This document shows positions 27,489-37,566 of a DNA stretch of 64,000 bases, one piece after another. The translations under genes were made by a program, and so were the position numbers. The notes below the pieces were generated by a model. It was not told the origin of the DNA. It ran no database searches and was given only the letters and a program-made list of their open reading frames with translations. Every line of letters begins with the position of its first letter. Positions within the stretch are counted from its first letter, which is position 1. This DNA comes from a virus (taxonomy: Duplodnaviria > Heunggongvirae > Uroviricota > Caudoviricetes), in the IMG/VR virus record IMGVR_UViG_3300046522_000750. The stretch is one strand, 5' to 3'.

Positions 27489-28006
27489 AAAAAGGAACAT
27501 GTCAGGTGTGCTTTGCCGCACACCCGTTGAATAAAAATGGCTATATGCGCAAACATATACGGGAGCGAGGCTATTCAGAACGTGACTGCCCAGGTTCCGC
27601 GTTCAAGCCTTTTGAGATCGACTGCACAGGCCTGCAGTGGGTTTTAGATTCGTACATCAAGGAACTCGCCCTTACCCGCGAGAAACTGCTGTCTGTTCAT
27701 CTTTCCCCTGAAGTCTATGAGCGAGGCACATGGGTTGATCCTCAGGATGGCTTTGGCGTGATACAGGATGTCATCAAAATCATAAAACCTGGCGATCCAG
27801 ATTATGAGCGGCTGGTAGAGCAGAAGAGGCGAGCCCTAAACAACAACGTCATGAGCTACAGAAAAGCCCTCGCAGAAATGGATGCCGTGCTTAAGCGCTA
27901 CGAACCCACGGCAGGTTTTCTAGAGGATGCTTATGAGGCTCCCTACTATCATTTTGCACCCATTCACCATAACTTCTTCATTCCTGCGCCTAACCAGCCG
28001 GCTTGA
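27485..28006 (+). CDS. Hypothetical protein with an N-terminal CxxC...H...CPGS Zn motif
   Basis: ATGA overlap. Confidence 0.75.
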   Translation: MKKGTCQVCFAAHPLNKNGYMRKHIRERGYSERDCPGSAFKPFEIDCTGLQWVLDSYIKELALTREKLLSVHLSPEVYERGTWVDPQDGFGVIQDVIKIIKPGDPDYERLVEQKRRALNNNVMSYRKALAEMDAVLKRYEPTAGFLEDAYEAPYYHFAPIHHNFFIPAPNQPA

Positions 28007-28115
28007 CCCAGTCATCAGAAAACGCCAAGCCTTGTGCTTGGCTTTTTCATGCCTAATCCGCTGGCACAAAAAAAAGCCCCAAATCACGGGGCTCTGTCTT
28101 GAATCTTTGATCAGC

Positions 28116-28319
28116 CTAGCCGTTGGCCTGTGCCTTCTTGGCCAGTCGTTTGGCTTTTGCAGCCTTGGCTCGGTATTCTTTTTTACCCAAAACAAGGGCT
28201 TCATCGCGGTGGTTTGCCTCTACGACGAATACCTCGCATTCTGCGTAATCTGGATCGGTGGGTTTACCACCAACGTCCCACATACCGCTTGGGTAGCGCG
28301 CAACAGTCCACTGGGCCAT
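28116..28319 (-). CDS. Hypothetical protein
   Basis: AAGGA RBS; terminator at 28068-28095. Confidence 0.7.
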   Translation of the reverse strand: MAQWTVARYPSGMWDVGGKPTDPDYAECEVFVVEANHRDEALVLGKKEYRAKAAKAKRLAKKAQANG

Positions 28320-28453
28320 GGTCGTTCCTTCACAAAGTGGCTTAAGATCGGTCAACTATAGTTCTGATAAACAGAACCTGCAACGATTTTCCGCATAATT
28401 GCCACGCGCAGAGTTTGTATCCAAACAATGTATTTTGCGCTTTAGTGCAATTC

Positions 28454-28472
28454 AGTATTCGTGTAGAATACC
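28454..28472. promoter_or_regulatory. Operator A
   Basis: AGTATtcgtgtagaATACC. Confidence 0.75.
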
Positions 28473-28513
28473 CGTTATCGAAAGTCTTCAACTCTGCGCA
28501 CAAGAGGTGCCAC

Positions 28514-28954
28514 ATGTTTGTGATCTCCCAGGCCATGATCGACGCCGGCAATCGTGCAGAAGACCTTGCCTCCACGGCTCAGATCATCGAGTCCTTTGAC
28601 GGCCTGGGTGGTGGCATGACCATGGCTGAAGCCCCGTCTGAGATCACCCAATGGTTCGGTGTCGACCGCGAAGTGAGCGACATCATTTTTGAGGCGATGG
28701 ATGCGCTGTCCGAGTCGCCGTTTGGAAATCCCGCAACACCGGCGATGATCAAGGCAGGTAATCTTGTCCTTGAAAACATGATCACGGCTCGCGTCATGTC
28801 AGCAATGCACAACGATTCTCCCGAAGCCCTATGCACGCAATCTGAAGAGATCAAATCCTTCCTCGCCAAAAAAGACGAGGTTGTGAGCTTGGTGTATGCC
28901 CGCATGCGTGCTGTCGGTGCTGCGAAAAAGTGCAAATGCCGGACTGAGTTTTAA
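28514..28954 (+). CDS. Hypothetical protein with an internal repeat (AMI-AGN)
   Basis: GAGGTG RBS. Confidence 0.75.
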   Translation: MFVISQAMIDAGNRAEDLASTAQIIESFDGLGGGMTMAEAPSEITQWFGVDREVSDIIFEAMDALSESPFGNPATPAMIKAGNLVLENMITARVMSAMHNDSPEALCTQSEEIKSFLAKKDEVVSLVYARMRAVGAAKKCKCRTEF

Positions 28955-29016
28955 TTTGCATTAATTGACAAAATTGCTTGCGGCTATTCGCCATTACGGT
29001 ATACTGCACGCATACC
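28955..29016 (+). promoter_or_regulatory. Promoter with degenerate box C and operator A (28998-29016)
   Basis: TTTGCAttaattGACAAA ... GGTATactgcacgcATACC. Confidence 0.8.
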
Positions 29017-29035
29017 GAATTGGAGCTGTACTGAA

Positions 29036-29473
29036 ATGAATTCAACCGATCCACAACAATCCTTGCAAGCGCTGGTTTCAATATTCATCAGCGATTGCGG
29101 CCTGAGTCAGAAGCAGGCTGAAGAGCTTGCGTGCGACATGGTCAAACTGGCCTCAGCGCACCTGAACCTCAGCTTGCGCGAATGCCAGCAGGGTCTCAAC
29201 GGCCAGCAGAAAGAGCAGCTGTCCACCATCGAGTCTTGGTTCAAGCTCACAGCTGAGTCGACCCCTGGCCTCAAGTCAGCGTCATTCAACGGCGACGTCC
29301 GCTCGACCACTGTGTTCTTGCAACTGGACAGCGGCGCATCGAACAGCTTCAGCCAAGGCAATTGGCGTGTACCGGTGCAACTGCCAGCAGTACCGCGTCA
29401 AACCCTGATGCGCACGGTTCGCCAAGACATCAACCGCATGGTAGATCAAAAGAATCGTCGCGAGGTTTCATAA
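29036..29473 (+). CDS. Hypothetical protein
   Basis: GGAG RBS. Confidence 0.75.
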   Translation: MNSTDPQQSLQALVSIFISDCGLSQKQAEELACDMVKLASAHLNLSLRECQQGLNGQQKEQLSTIESWFKLTAESTPGLKSASFNGDVRSTTVFLQLDSGASNSFSQGNWRVPVQLPAVPRQTLMRTVRQDINRMVDQKNRREVS

Positions 29474-29474
29474 A

Positions 29475-29819
29475 ATGAGTGCTGCGGAAATTCAAGGTCA
29501 CCTGCTCGCTACCTGGATCAATCACGAACCCACCGAGACGATGCGCATTCACTGCATCCAGCACGGCCTCACCGCCGAGCTCAATGGCGTGAAAATGTTC
29601 ACCGGCCCGAAATCGGTGATGGATCGTAAGACTCCTTTCGAGCAGTACAAAGAAGTCCCCGGCTTGTCCTGGTTCTTCCTGAATGACCGCAGCGAGTTCG
29701 TTAGGGGTTTTGACGGCGCTCCGAATGGCTCAACCAGTCAAGGCACGTTCGAAGACGTAGCCAAGTATGTGCCCGATTTGGTGCGGGCTGAGTGGGCTTA
29801 TACCAAACGCTCCGCTTAA
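29475..29819 (+). CDS. Hypothetical protein
   Basis: GAGGT RBS. Confidence 0.75.
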   Translation: MSAAEIQGHLLATWINHEPTETMRIHCIQHGLTAELNGVKMFTGPKSVMDRKTPFEQYKEVPGLSWFFLNDRSEFVRGFDGAPNGSTSQGTFEDVAKYVPDLVRAEWAYTKRSA

Positions 29820-29866
29820 TTCTAGAATTACACGCTGGTCGGGCACATCCCGACAAAGGACATGAC

Positions 29867-30337
29867 ATGACAGGCCAGACAAGCACCCCCTCCTCGCAGT
29901 GGAAAGATGCCGGTGCCGAGGATCCACACGGCACACGCTATGATGTCGAGCGCAGGGAGCTTAGCCTCGGCGACTTGACTGACGAACAGATGGCCAATGC
30001 GGTGTTCATGCACGGCAACGCGAAGCTGACTCATGCCGAAATCCTGGCCGGTGCGCTGATGCCGATTGTTTACCTGACCGGCGCCAAGGATCGCATTCGC
30101 TGGTTGTCGCGCTCACTGGAAAAAGCGCTGGCCGCGCTGACCAAGATGACGCAAGACCGCGATGAGCGCCTGAACAGCAATCTGGCCCTGCGCGCTCGGA
30201 ACGAGTTACTGCAAGAGCGTCTGAAGGCTGTAGCCGACCTCTTCAAAGATAACCAGAGCATCGATCTTCACCCTGACCTCGTTGAGATCGTGCTTAAACT
30301 CACAGATACTCCCGACATCGCCAAGACGGCTGAGTGA
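29867..30337 (+). CDS. Hypothetical phage-like protein with a coiled-coil
   Basis: AAGGA RBS. Confidence 0.75.
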   Translation: MTGQTSTPSSQWKDAGAEDPHGTRYDVERRELSLGDLTDEQMANAVFMHGNAKLTHAEILAGALMPIVYLTGAKDRIRWLSRSLEKALAALTKMTQDRDERLNSNLALRARNELLQERLKAVADLFKDNQSIDLHPDLVEIVLKLTDTPDIAKTAE

Positions 30338-30783
30338 TCATCATGCTACCAATTCAACTGCGCGAACTGCTGAACGACCTTGACGCTGCGCCCGTGGAAT
30401 GTGACGGCATGTGCCGGCTAATCACTACGCGCCTGCAGAACCTGGGCATTGCACATCAGGTGATGGTTGGCAGCGTCAGCCTCAACGACGGCTCTATCCC
30501 CCACCACTACTGGATTGTTGTCGGTGATCTGACTGTCGACTACCGGGCCCGCATGTGGCTTGGCGAAAGCCCTCTGGTGCCGCACGGCATTTTCCGTCAG
30601 GACACCTGCGCGGCTCGCTACGATGGCATCGAGATCCAGATGGATGCCCTGCACCCTTCCATGGTTCAACTGCTGAGCATGCCATTCTCAGAGCCGGGGA
30701 TAAAAGCCCAGCAGTCGCCTACGGGTGACGAGAAGGTGATTTGCCTTGGCGACATGGTTGATCGTCACCAGCCATCGGTGTGA
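30334..30783 (+). CDS. Hypothetical protein (C...H-W...D, possible papain/transglutaminase-like fold)
   Basis: ECDGM...PHHYW...VDYRARMW. Confidence 0.65.
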   Translation: MIIMLPIQLRELLNDLDAAPVECDGMCRLITTRLQNLGIAHQVMVGSVSLNDGSIPHHYWIVVGDLTVDYRARMWLGESPLVPHGIFRQDTCAARYDGIEIQMDALHPSMVQLLSMPFSEPGIKAQQSPTGDEKVICLGDMVDRHQPSV

Positions 30784-30819
30784 CTGGTTCAAGGATTGAG
30801 TAATCAACGAGAGGATTTC

Positions 30820-31089
30820 ATGAGCATTCCAAAACCAGAACCCATTGTTTTCGAGACATTCACTGACATTCAGCGGCTTGTCAGGCAGGCCACGCAGGAT
30901 GCACCTTCGCACCTCAACAACGAAATCCGCGTGCAGCGCTATCGCGTGACCGTCGAGCTGATCGAAGAACCTGACGATGTCATTCGTGATCGTCTGCTGG
31001 CCCTGGACGCCGAGCGCGGCCATGTCGATAAGCATCGCAGCATCAAAGCTGAAGCGAAACGCCTGGGAATCGACCTCAAAAGGCCTTGA
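30820..31089 (+). CDS. Hypothetical protein
   Basis: GAGGA RBS. Confidence 0.7.
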   Translation: MSIPKPEPIVFETFTDIQRLVRQATQDAPSHLNNEIRVQRYRVTVELIEEPDDVIRDRLLALDAERGHVDKHRSIKAEAKRLGIDLKRP

Positions 31090-31100
31090 TCCCGGCTTAT

Positions 31101-31130
31101 AAAAAAGGCCCTTTTGCAGGGCTTTTTTTT
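31101..31130 (+). terminator. Intrinsic terminator
   Basis: AAAAAAGGCCCT-TTTGC-AGGGCTTTTTTTT. Confidence 0.75.
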
Positions 31131-31204
31131 CGTCTTTTGCTTGCAGATAATTTAAGTAGAGTTTAATCTTTTCACATCAAAACAATCTGCGAAGGACGCC
31201 GCTC

Positions 31205-31543
31205 ATGACCGATAAAGCCTCTGAGATCAACGAATACTTCGAGTTCAGCAAGGTCAAACGTCCATCCTTGATCAACACCGTGATTTTCATTGTCGTGGTC
31301 GCAGGCACCACCATCGCCGGCCTCTATGCCGAGTCGACCTACGGTGATGTGGTGGTGATCGTTCCCTTTCTCTCGGTCATGTTGTGGTGCGATTACTCAG
31401 AAATCACCTTTCGTAACACGCCTCACCTTAAAACCTTGCAGACCGTCGTTAGCTGTCTTTACCTGCTGTCCGGCTTGGTGATCCTGGCGTATACCAGGGA
31501 GACCGGCTGGGTCTACGACCACGTGGTTATGCATTTCCTCTAA
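31205..31543 (+). CDS. Membrane protein, tandem paralog of 31564
   Basis: VIVPFLS---WCD...NTP-LK...GW-YD. Confidence 0.8.
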   Translation: MTDKASEINEYFEFSKVKRPSLINTVIFIVVVAGTTIAGLYAESTYGDVVVIVPFLSVMLWCDYSEITFRNTPHLKTLQTVVSCLYLLSGLVILAYTRETGWVYDHVVMHFL

Positions 31544-31563
31544 ACCTCGCCCAGGACATCATC

Positions 31564-31938
31564 GTGACAGACAACACTGCGAGCCCGAGCATGGGCCAGG
31601 AAATCAACAAGGTGAAGCTTCCGGCATGGTGGAAGACCCTGCTGGTCATTCTTCTGGCCGGCTCGACCTGTACGGCAGCCGTGTACTTTGAGAAAGGCCT
31701 GGGCGCCGCTCTGGTGATTGTCCCGTTCCTCAGCTTCAGCTTTTGGTGTGATGAGGCGAACATCAACTGGAAAAACACCCCGCGCCTCAAAGCATTTCTA
31801 TTGGTCATCCTGCTGGCCCTGAGTGCGGTCTATCTCGTTGGAGCCTCCCAAGTCAGCCGAATCAAGCACCACAAGAAGCCCCTGATCGAGTCGGGATGGA
31901 TGTACGACATGTCCGTAAAGGTGTCCCGCCTTGTTTGA
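31564..31938 (+). CDS. Membrane protein, tandem paralog of 31205
   Basis: Same motifs. Confidence 0.8.
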   Translation: MTDNTASPSMGQEINKVKLPAWWKTLLVILLAGSTCTAAVYFEKGLGAALVIVPFLSFSFWCDEANINWKNTPRLKAFLLVILLALSAVYLVGASQVSRIKHHKKPLIESGWMYDMSVKVSRLV

Positions 31939-32149
31939 TCCAGAAGCGCCTGTAGCACTCATGACGCCCGACGAGTTCCGGGCCGAATACCGTGGCCGTG
32001 GATGGACAGGCAAGGCCCTGGCCAAGCGCTGGAAGAGGTCTGCCACCTGGATTTCCATCATCGGCAATGATCTCGACCGAGACCCGCACTGGGACGATGC
32101 GGTACGTGGCTTGCCGACAATCGAAAAGAAGAAAAAGATTAAAGTATAG
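31931..32149 (+). CDS. Small Cro/XRE-like HTH protein
   Basis: MTPDEFR...GWTGKALAKRWKRSATWIS...DAVRGLP. Confidence 0.7.
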   Translation: MFDPEAPVALMTPDEFRAEYRGRGWTGKALAKRWKRSATWISIIGNDLDRDPHWDDAVRGLPTIEKKKKIKV

Positions 32150-32161
32150 TTACAGAATACC
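32143..32161. promoter_or_regulatory. Operator A
   Basis: AGTATagttacagaATACC. Confidence 0.7.
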
Positions 32162-32209
32162 TTTACTTTAATCCCGGTTTTATTTACCATCTACTTTATC
32201 GAATACAAG

Positions 32210-32491
32210 ATGAAGGAACGCCCCGTGAGCCAAGAATCTGCTGCAACCAGCCCTGCCTCTCAAGCCAGCCAAGCGCCTATTGTCGTCGGCAAGATGTGGT
32301 GGTTTGCTAACAGCCAAGCAGAAGCAGAAGCCACGAAAGCGAACCTGATCGACAAAGGCGTGATCAATGTCGAATTAGGCAAGCCCAATGAACGCGGCGT
32401 GATCGATGTGATCTTTAGCCTGGATCGCAACCGCGCACGTGAAATCCTCGGCTTTGAGGTTGCTGATGAGGAATGGCTGGAGGCTGAATAA
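32210..32491 (+). CDS. Hypothetical protein (start may be GTG 32225)
   Basis: 93-aa ORF. Confidence 0.75.
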   Translation: MKERPVSQESAATSPASQASQAPIVVGKMWWFANSQAEAEATKANLIDKGVINVELGKPNERGVIDVIFSLDRNRAREILGFEVADEEWLEAE

Positions 32492-32530
32492 GCATCGCCC
32501 TTTCAATCACCAACTTCTTTAGGAGGGATT

Positions 32531-32728
32531 ATGAAAAAGATTGAGACCATCCAGGTCGCCGTATTCTACTGCGACGTCTGCGGCACCAAGTGTGGGTCGA
32601 GCATGACCACCCTGACCCTCAAAGGTCAGGATTTTCACGCCTGCGGTGGCTGGAACGAGTTTGAGGTGATGTGCCGCGACCAGCTCCACGACGTTGCTAC
32701 CGAGAAGGCCAAGGACATCGCACCATGA
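32531..32728 (+). CDS. Small Cys-rich protein
   Basis: AGGAGG RBS; YCDVCG. Confidence 0.7.
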   Translation: MKKIETIQVAVFYCDVCGTKCGSSMTTLTLKGQDFHACGGWNEFEVMCRDQLHDVATEKAKDIAP

Positions 32729-33060
32729 AGCCAATGACCCCTGAAATGGCCACCGGCCTGCACCACCTTGTCGCGACAATTGACCTGAATGCCGAACAGG
32801 TAAATGGGCAGGACTGGCCCGGCGCGGTGTGCACGGCCCGTGACGCACTACCAGAAGGCACTGTGATCGCACTGGAGCAGCTTGTCACCGCCTGTTCTGG
32901 TGCTCTGGCATTGGCGACTGAGAGCACGTCCATCCTCGACCTGGCTATCAACAGCGCTGAGCGAGGTTTTAAAGACGAAACGCTGCTGCACTTGGGTAAG
33001 CTCGGCACCAAACTGGAGGCGCTCAAAAGCATGCTTCGCCAGGACAGCAAGGAGACCTGA
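32725..33060 (+). CDS. Hypothetical protein
   Basis: ATGA overlap. Confidence 0.7.
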   Translation: MKPMTPEMATGLHHLVATIDLNAEQVNGQDWPGAVCTARDALPEGTVIALEQLVTACSGALALATESTSILDLAINSAERGFKDETLLHLGKLGTKLEALKSMLRQDSKET

Positions 33061-33061
33061 C

Positions 33062-33241
33062 ATGTCCACTCCATACAACTTCTGGATCTCCCAGGCCAAG
33101 CGCTGGGATAGCTGCATCAACTTCGGCTCCCCCATCAGCGCATGGTCTCTCGACATGCTGAAGGAATACGACGCGGCGAAAGCTGAAGGTCGTCCGCCGT
33201 CGCTGCAGAACTGCCCTGACCGTCAACCAAAACCACTCTAA
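33062..33241 (+). CDS. Small hypothetical protein
   Basis: AAGGAG RBS. Confidence 0.65.
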   Translation: MSTPYNFWISQAKRWDSCINFGSPISAWSLDMLKEYDAAKAEGRPPSLQNCPDRQPKPL

Positions 33242-33255
33242 GCACTGGAATCACC

Positions 33256-33912
33256 ATGCCCGGCACCGTAAAAACAGAGTTGAATGCCGTTGATCGCTTT
33301 GTAAAACAGCGTCTTCTGAACCATTCCAGCCTGTTCGGCAGCCGATTGGAAGTGCTTCAGTACGTGTTCTTCGTCGGTGGCAACGGCAGCTTGTGGAACG
33401 CCGATGGCACGCTTGGCAGTCGAAGCCCAGAGCCCACAGGGACGAAAATGAACTATTTCGACCTTGACGGGGCTCCTGGAGTCATTGACGAAGCCATTGC
33501 CAAGCTGATGATTTCAAGCCAGGAAGAGATCAGCGTCCGGAGAAAGCGAGAGCGCGCAATCCGCGCCCTGATCGCAGAAGACATTGACGTCTACGCCCAG
33601 TGCAACGTGATGCAGGACACCGTCCATGTGGACACCATTCAAGCTTGGGACATCGAGGGCTCCCTGGCTGCTGAAGCCCCCTTCGAAGTCTTGAATCATG
33701 ATTGGGCTAAGGCCTTGATGGAGGTATTGCAAGCGGCCTGCCAGTCCCTGCGTAGCCATCTTCGCATGCAATACGAAGACTTCTCCCGTGATAAGGCCAA
33801 CCCACTACTTCTCGACAAGCACGACCAAATCAATACTCTTATTGGTAAGGTGTCCAATGTGCCAGGTCTGTACAACAAGTCAGCCATCAAAGCGATAACG
33901 AGCATGCTGTAG
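33256..33912 (+). CDS. Hypothetical protein
   Basis: 218 aa. Confidence 0.8.
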   Translation: MPGTVKTELNAVDRFVKQRLLNHSSLFGSRLEVLQYVFFVGGNGSLWNADGTLGSRSPEPTGTKMNYFDLDGAPGVIDEAIAKLMISSQEEISVRRKRERAIRALIAEDIDVYAQCNVMQDTVHVDTIQAWDIEGSLAAEAPFEVLNHDWAKALMEVLQAACQSLRSHLRMQYEDFSRDKANPLLLDKHDQINTLIGKVSNVPGLYNKSAIKAITSML

Positions 33913-33989
33913 AAGGCAAGAGGAAGTCGTTAATTCGAGGTGTTTAGCCGGAGGCTGAACCCTCGGCTACCCTGTCTATTTTTTGAGCG

Positions 33990-34014
33990 AAAAGCCCGGC
34001 ATTGCCGGGTTTTT
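33990..34014. terminator. Bidirectional terminator
   Basis: AAAAGCCCGGC-ATT-GCCGGGTTTTT. Confidence 0.75.
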
Positions 34015-34073
34015 GTTGGCCGCAAGATTTTCGACGGCTCCGCGCCGGGCCTGTAGCCGCGCATGCGCCGAAT

Positions 34074-34493
34074 CTAGTTCGGTATCGGCTCATTTATCGG
34101 TGTATTGGCAGCGAAGTCCCTCCTGCCCTCCCGTTCCAGCTTCGCTGATCTCAAGGCCTTCATTGGGTTGTATTTAGGGTCTGCGATGAGCGCAGCCCTG
34201 AGAGCCATAAACGCATCGGAGTCAGCCAGGAGGTCGCCCCTAAGCTGATTGCACAGAGCATGGGAGATCGAGAGGTTGTCCATTTCATCGGTGCCGCCGT
34301 GAGCAAGCGGTACGACGTGCTCCAGGCTAGCCATTTCTTCGTCGACATGCCGTGTGCAGACAAAGCACGGAACGCTGCCCTGCCGGCGCAGAAGCATCTT
34401 GTACACTGTTTCGCGACGATTCTGCCTGACGTTCCCAGCCAGCCTGGCCTTAAGTCCGCCCGACATCCTGACTTTCCCGTTGCGTTTGGCCAT
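34074..34493 (-). CDS. HNH endonuclease
   Basis: CFVC...SLEHVVPLAHGGTDEMDNLSISHALCN. Confidence 0.85.
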   Translation of the reverse strand: MAKRNGKVRMSGGLKARLAGNVRQNRRETVYKMLLRRQGSVPCFVCTRHVDEEMASLEHVVPLAHGGTDEMDNLSISHALCNQLRGDLLADSDAFMALRAALIADPKYNPMKALRSAKLEREGRRDFAANTPINEPIPN

Positions 34494-34607
34494 GCGGGTT
34501 ATCCATGAGTCTGGTTAAACGCGAAGATCGTTAGCCCTGGCGGAAGGGGCGATCCCCTCCTCGACTGGCCAAGCACTGCTTGAGTGCCTGGCTCAGCATG
34601 GGACAGG

Positions 34608-35156
34608 TCAGACCAGGATCAGTTTGTAGTCCACCAATTGAGGCTCATTGACGAACTTGATGGTCACCGCATGGCTTTCATCAGCTTCCCAGCGACCCTC
34701 GGTGGTAATCCATGCGCTCTGGTCGAAGTCGCTAGCACTTGAGTAGTAAACGTCACCGTTGTCCACAAGGTGCCCTTGGACTACGCCACCATCAGCCATG
34801 AAGGCCACGGTGTTGTCGCTGGTCTCGCAGATACGCAGCGCCTTGCCTGGATTGTCCTTCAGCAGGTTCTGGTAAGCATCCAGAATGCCGGTGTAAGTGA
34901 TCGGCGCATGGAGTTGCGCATACTGGATCTCGACCTCATTCGCGAAAGCGATCATCTTGGCCGCAGCGGCGCGCACCTCATCCGGCGACATGCGCGTGGG
35001 CAGATCAACTGAGATGTAATCCAGAGGATCGTTCTGGTAGATGTTGGCATGCAAGATCCGCTTTTCAACGGTCTTCTTGCCTTTGCTGATGTCCATCATC
35101 TCGTTGGCGAACCCACGGATGTTTCCGCTTGGCTTTGGGAAAATAGTGACTTCCAT
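34608..35156 (-). CDS. Hypothetical protein
   Basis: GAGGG RBS. Confidence 0.8.
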   Translation of the reverse strand: MEVTIFPKPSGNIRGFANEMMDISKGKKTVEKRILHANIYQNDPLDYISVDLPTRMSPDEVRAAAAKMIAFANEVEIQYAQLHAPITYTGILDAYQNLLKDNPGKALRICETSDNTVAFMADGGVVQGHLVDNGDVYYSSASDFDQSAWITTEGRWEADESHAVTIKFVNEPQLVDYKLILV

Positions 35157-35182
35157 GGAGCACCCTCTTTTTGATTAAAAAG

Positions 35183-35255
35183 AGTATGCCATACGCATAC
35201 CCTAATTTCAACCCTAAATGACTCTTCCTCTACCGATTTTGCAGTTTTTTGCAAA
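35183..35255 (-). promoter_or_regulatory. Promoter with operator A (35183-35201) and box C (35238-35255)
   Basis: AGTATgccatacgcATACC; TTTGCAgtttttTGCAAA. Confidence 0.75.
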
Positions 35256-35270
35256 CAAACCCTCCGAGCG

Positions 35271-35705
35271 TTAACGACGATTCTGTTTTCGCCGTGGCTC
35301 CAGGTTCGTCAGGCGGGCGCTGTAGCGATTGCGCTGTGAGTCACTTCGATGATCGACCCTCAAGGAGCAGTTTATGGCGTGGCGTATGTGCCAAACCGAT
35401 TCGCCAACGACACCGCAACATGGGCATGCTGGCCAGGTCGTCAGGAAGATGCCATCGGCGGGTCGAGCCAGATGGTAGCGGGAAATCCTTTTATCCCGGC
35501 CTTTGGCTATCGCCAGGCTGGTACGACCTCCGCTGTAGCGGCTTTCACGACTCAGGGTTACCAAGCCCTCTTGGACGAGACGCTTGAGGTCATCGTCCAG
35601 TGCGATCCCGCCCGAGCAGTTGACCGCCCTGCCACTGATGGAGTGACGAATGCTGAGAAGCAGCAGTTCACGGCGAAGCTGTCCTTGCGACTTTTTATTG
35701 CTCAT
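35271..35705 (-). CDS. Basic hypothetical protein with CPCC, related to 39174
   Basis: AAGGAG RBS. Confidence 0.7.
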   Translation of the reverse strand: MSNKKSQGQLRRELLLLSIRHSISGRAVNCSGGIALDDDLKRLVQEGLVTLSRESRYSGGRTSLAIAKGRDKRISRYHLARPADGIFLTTWPACPCCGVVGESVWHIRHAINCSLRVDHRSDSQRNRYSARLTNLEPRRKQNRR

Positions 35706-35784
35706 GGGCGGTCACTCCTTCATAGGTGACTGAAATCTTCATGGCAAAGTATGCCATAAGTATATCGTTAAATCATCTTTATTA

Positions 35785-35848
35785 TTTGCAGATAAATGCA
35801 AATCCCTACTCGACATGCAATATCATAATGGTATACTTACAGAATACC
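35785..35848 (+). promoter_or_regulatory. Promoter with box C (35785-35802) and operator A (35830-35848)
   Basis: TTTGCAgataaaTGCAAA ... GGTATacttacagaATACC; a near-match operator lies at 35748-35766. Confidence 0.8.
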
Positions 35849-35870
35849 GAAACGAATGATGGTGAATGAC

Positions 35871-36227
35871 ATGTCACAGGCAATTCAAACAGAAATCTAC
35901 AAGGCCCAGCCAGCTCGGTTTGACATGGCTGGCCAGCGCTTGCCTGATTTTCTTGACCTCACCAACGAGCTGATCAGTGCAGGTTTAGCTGATCGCCTGG
36001 CGCGTTATGCGCTCAAATCCCTGGACTATGCTGGCTTTAAGGAAACCGTGCAGGGATGGGCGTGCATCGTCAGTTCTTCTGATGCCGAAGATACCCCGGC
36101 TAATCGCAGCTACCACGTACGCTTCAAGAATGCCAAGGGCGGCTTCATTGAGGTGATGGGTATTCTTACAAAGAGTGGTTGGCCCTTCCTTGACCATGGC
36201 ATTACCGCTGGCCAAGAGAGCTATTGA
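35871..36227 (+). CDS. Hypothetical protein
   Basis: First gene after the promoter. Confidence 0.75.
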   Translation: MSQAIQTEIYKAQPARFDMAGQRLPDFLDLTNELISAGLADRLARYALKSLDYAGFKETVQGWACIVSSSDAEDTPANRSYHVRFKNAKGGFIEVMGILTKSGWPFLDHGITAGQESY

Positions 36228-36267
36228 TCAACAGCCCGGCTTAAACCCATTGCAGAGGAACTGCCCC

Positions 36268-36486
36268 ATGATCTCCAACGCACGCCAGACCCTTGAACGA
36301 GACATCGCCGCTCAGCGCAAGATCGTCAATCAGGCCTACTGTGCCACCAACGATTGCAATCCGCTTTACGAAGCCGAGTTCGACAAGTGCTCGGAGATGG
36401 TCAACAACCTGATGATCTTGAAGTACAAGGAAGAACGCGGGCTGCTGTCCCCTGACGCCAAAACCCCCTACGACCGGAGGCACTAA
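36268..36486 (+). CDS. Hypothetical protein
   Basis: GAGGA RBS. Confidence 0.7.
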   Translation: MISNARQTLERDIAAQRKIVNQAYCATNDCNPLYEAEFDKCSEMVNNLMILKYKEERGLLSPDAKTPYDRRH

Positions 36487-36489
36487 GCA

Positions 36490-36780
36490 ATGACCAGCAG
36501 CCTGCTGATGTGTCTTGAGGCGCGCCGCCTGCATGAGGTTGCGCAGATATGGAGTGACGAGGATATGCAGATCCAGGCTGAGCACACTGCCTTTGATGCG
36601 GGCAGGCTCGATTGCAAGCTCGATGTCGGCTTTCTTGAGGTTCCGCCGTTGTTTCGCACGACGCCCTTTCTCTTGGGTTCGTGGAAAGAGGGCTGGCAGC
36701 TTGAATGCGAAAGCGAGGAAATGTCGCATTGTGAGGGCTGTCTCGAAAGCAGGGGAGATCCTTGTCCTTACCACGGCTGA
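36490..36780 (+). CDS. Hypothetical protein, C-terminal CxxC...CPYH
   Basis: GGAGG RBS. Confidence 0.7.
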   Translation: MTSSLLMCLEARRLHEVAQIWSDEDMQIQAEHTAFDAGRLDCKLDVGFLEVPPLFRTTPFLLGSWKEGWQLECESEEMSHCEGCLESRGDPCPYHG

Positions 36781-36829
36781 CAATTAGTGAATAAATAAAG
36801 CTCCATGGTTGTCGCCCCTGACAATTTAC

Positions 36830-36848
36830 AGTATACTGCAAACATACT
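36830..36848. promoter_or_regulatory. Operator A over -10
   Basis: AGTATactgcaaacATACT. Confidence 0.8.
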
Positions 36849-36863
36849 TGAATGGAGCTTGTC

Positions 36864-37556
36864 ATGCCGCAGATCGCCCAATCCATCGCTGCCCAATTCA
36901 TCTCCGTATGGGATCAATCAACGCAGGTCAAAACGAATTGCCTGATCGATCCTGCTAGCGGGGTGCTGACCCTTATCGAGAAAGCCGATGAGGAAGAACT
37001 CTTCGTGCAAACACTGGATTCGCAGCACGTGCTGTTCGATGGCATGGCCTACAGCGTGACAGAGGCAGATAACGGCACGTTTTCAATCAATAACTTGGTT
37101 GGCCTTCAAGCAGGGCTTTGCATGGCCGCGACTTTTCCCGAGATACCCGCCTACCTGATCGACAAATCTTTTATCAAGCTGGCTGGTAACCCTGCAGCTA
37201 ACACGGCGCTGGCCTACATGTATCGTGACGGCGGGAATATCAAGACGACCGAGGTCGTTATATTCCCCGGTGCGATCAGCATTGCTCAGCTAAAAATCAT
37301 CGAAGACAATCTACTGCGCGATGAAGGCGATAATGATTTTCTGCCACGGCAGGTAGACCTCTCTCCGCTTTGCCCTGACGTAGACGATGATAGCTACGAC
37401 GAAGACATCGATCATTGCGTGCATACCATTCTTGAAATCGAGCTAACGCTTAAAGCTCCTGACGATCAAACGCCTATCACTGATTTTGTGAACAAATTTG
37501 CCGCCATTGGCCCGGAAGGCTGGGACATGGTTAATTTTGGCAATTCGACCTCTTAA
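36864..37556 (+). CDS. Acidic hypothetical protein
   Basis: YMYRDGGN-K...FLP-QV-L motif; GGAG RBS. Confidence 0.8.
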   Translation: MPQIAQSIAAQFISVWDQSTQVKTNCLIDPASGVLTLIEKADEEELFVQTLDSQHVLFDGMAYSVTEADNGTFSINNLVGLQAGLCMAATFPEIPAYLIDKSFIKLAGNPAANTALAYMYRDGGNIKTTEVVIFPGAISIAQLKIIEDNLLRDEGDNDFLPRQVDLSPLCPDVDDDSYDEDIDHCVHTILEIELTLKAPDDQTPITDFVNKFAAIGPEGWDMVNFGNSTS

Positions 37557-37566
37557 GGAGCACGCT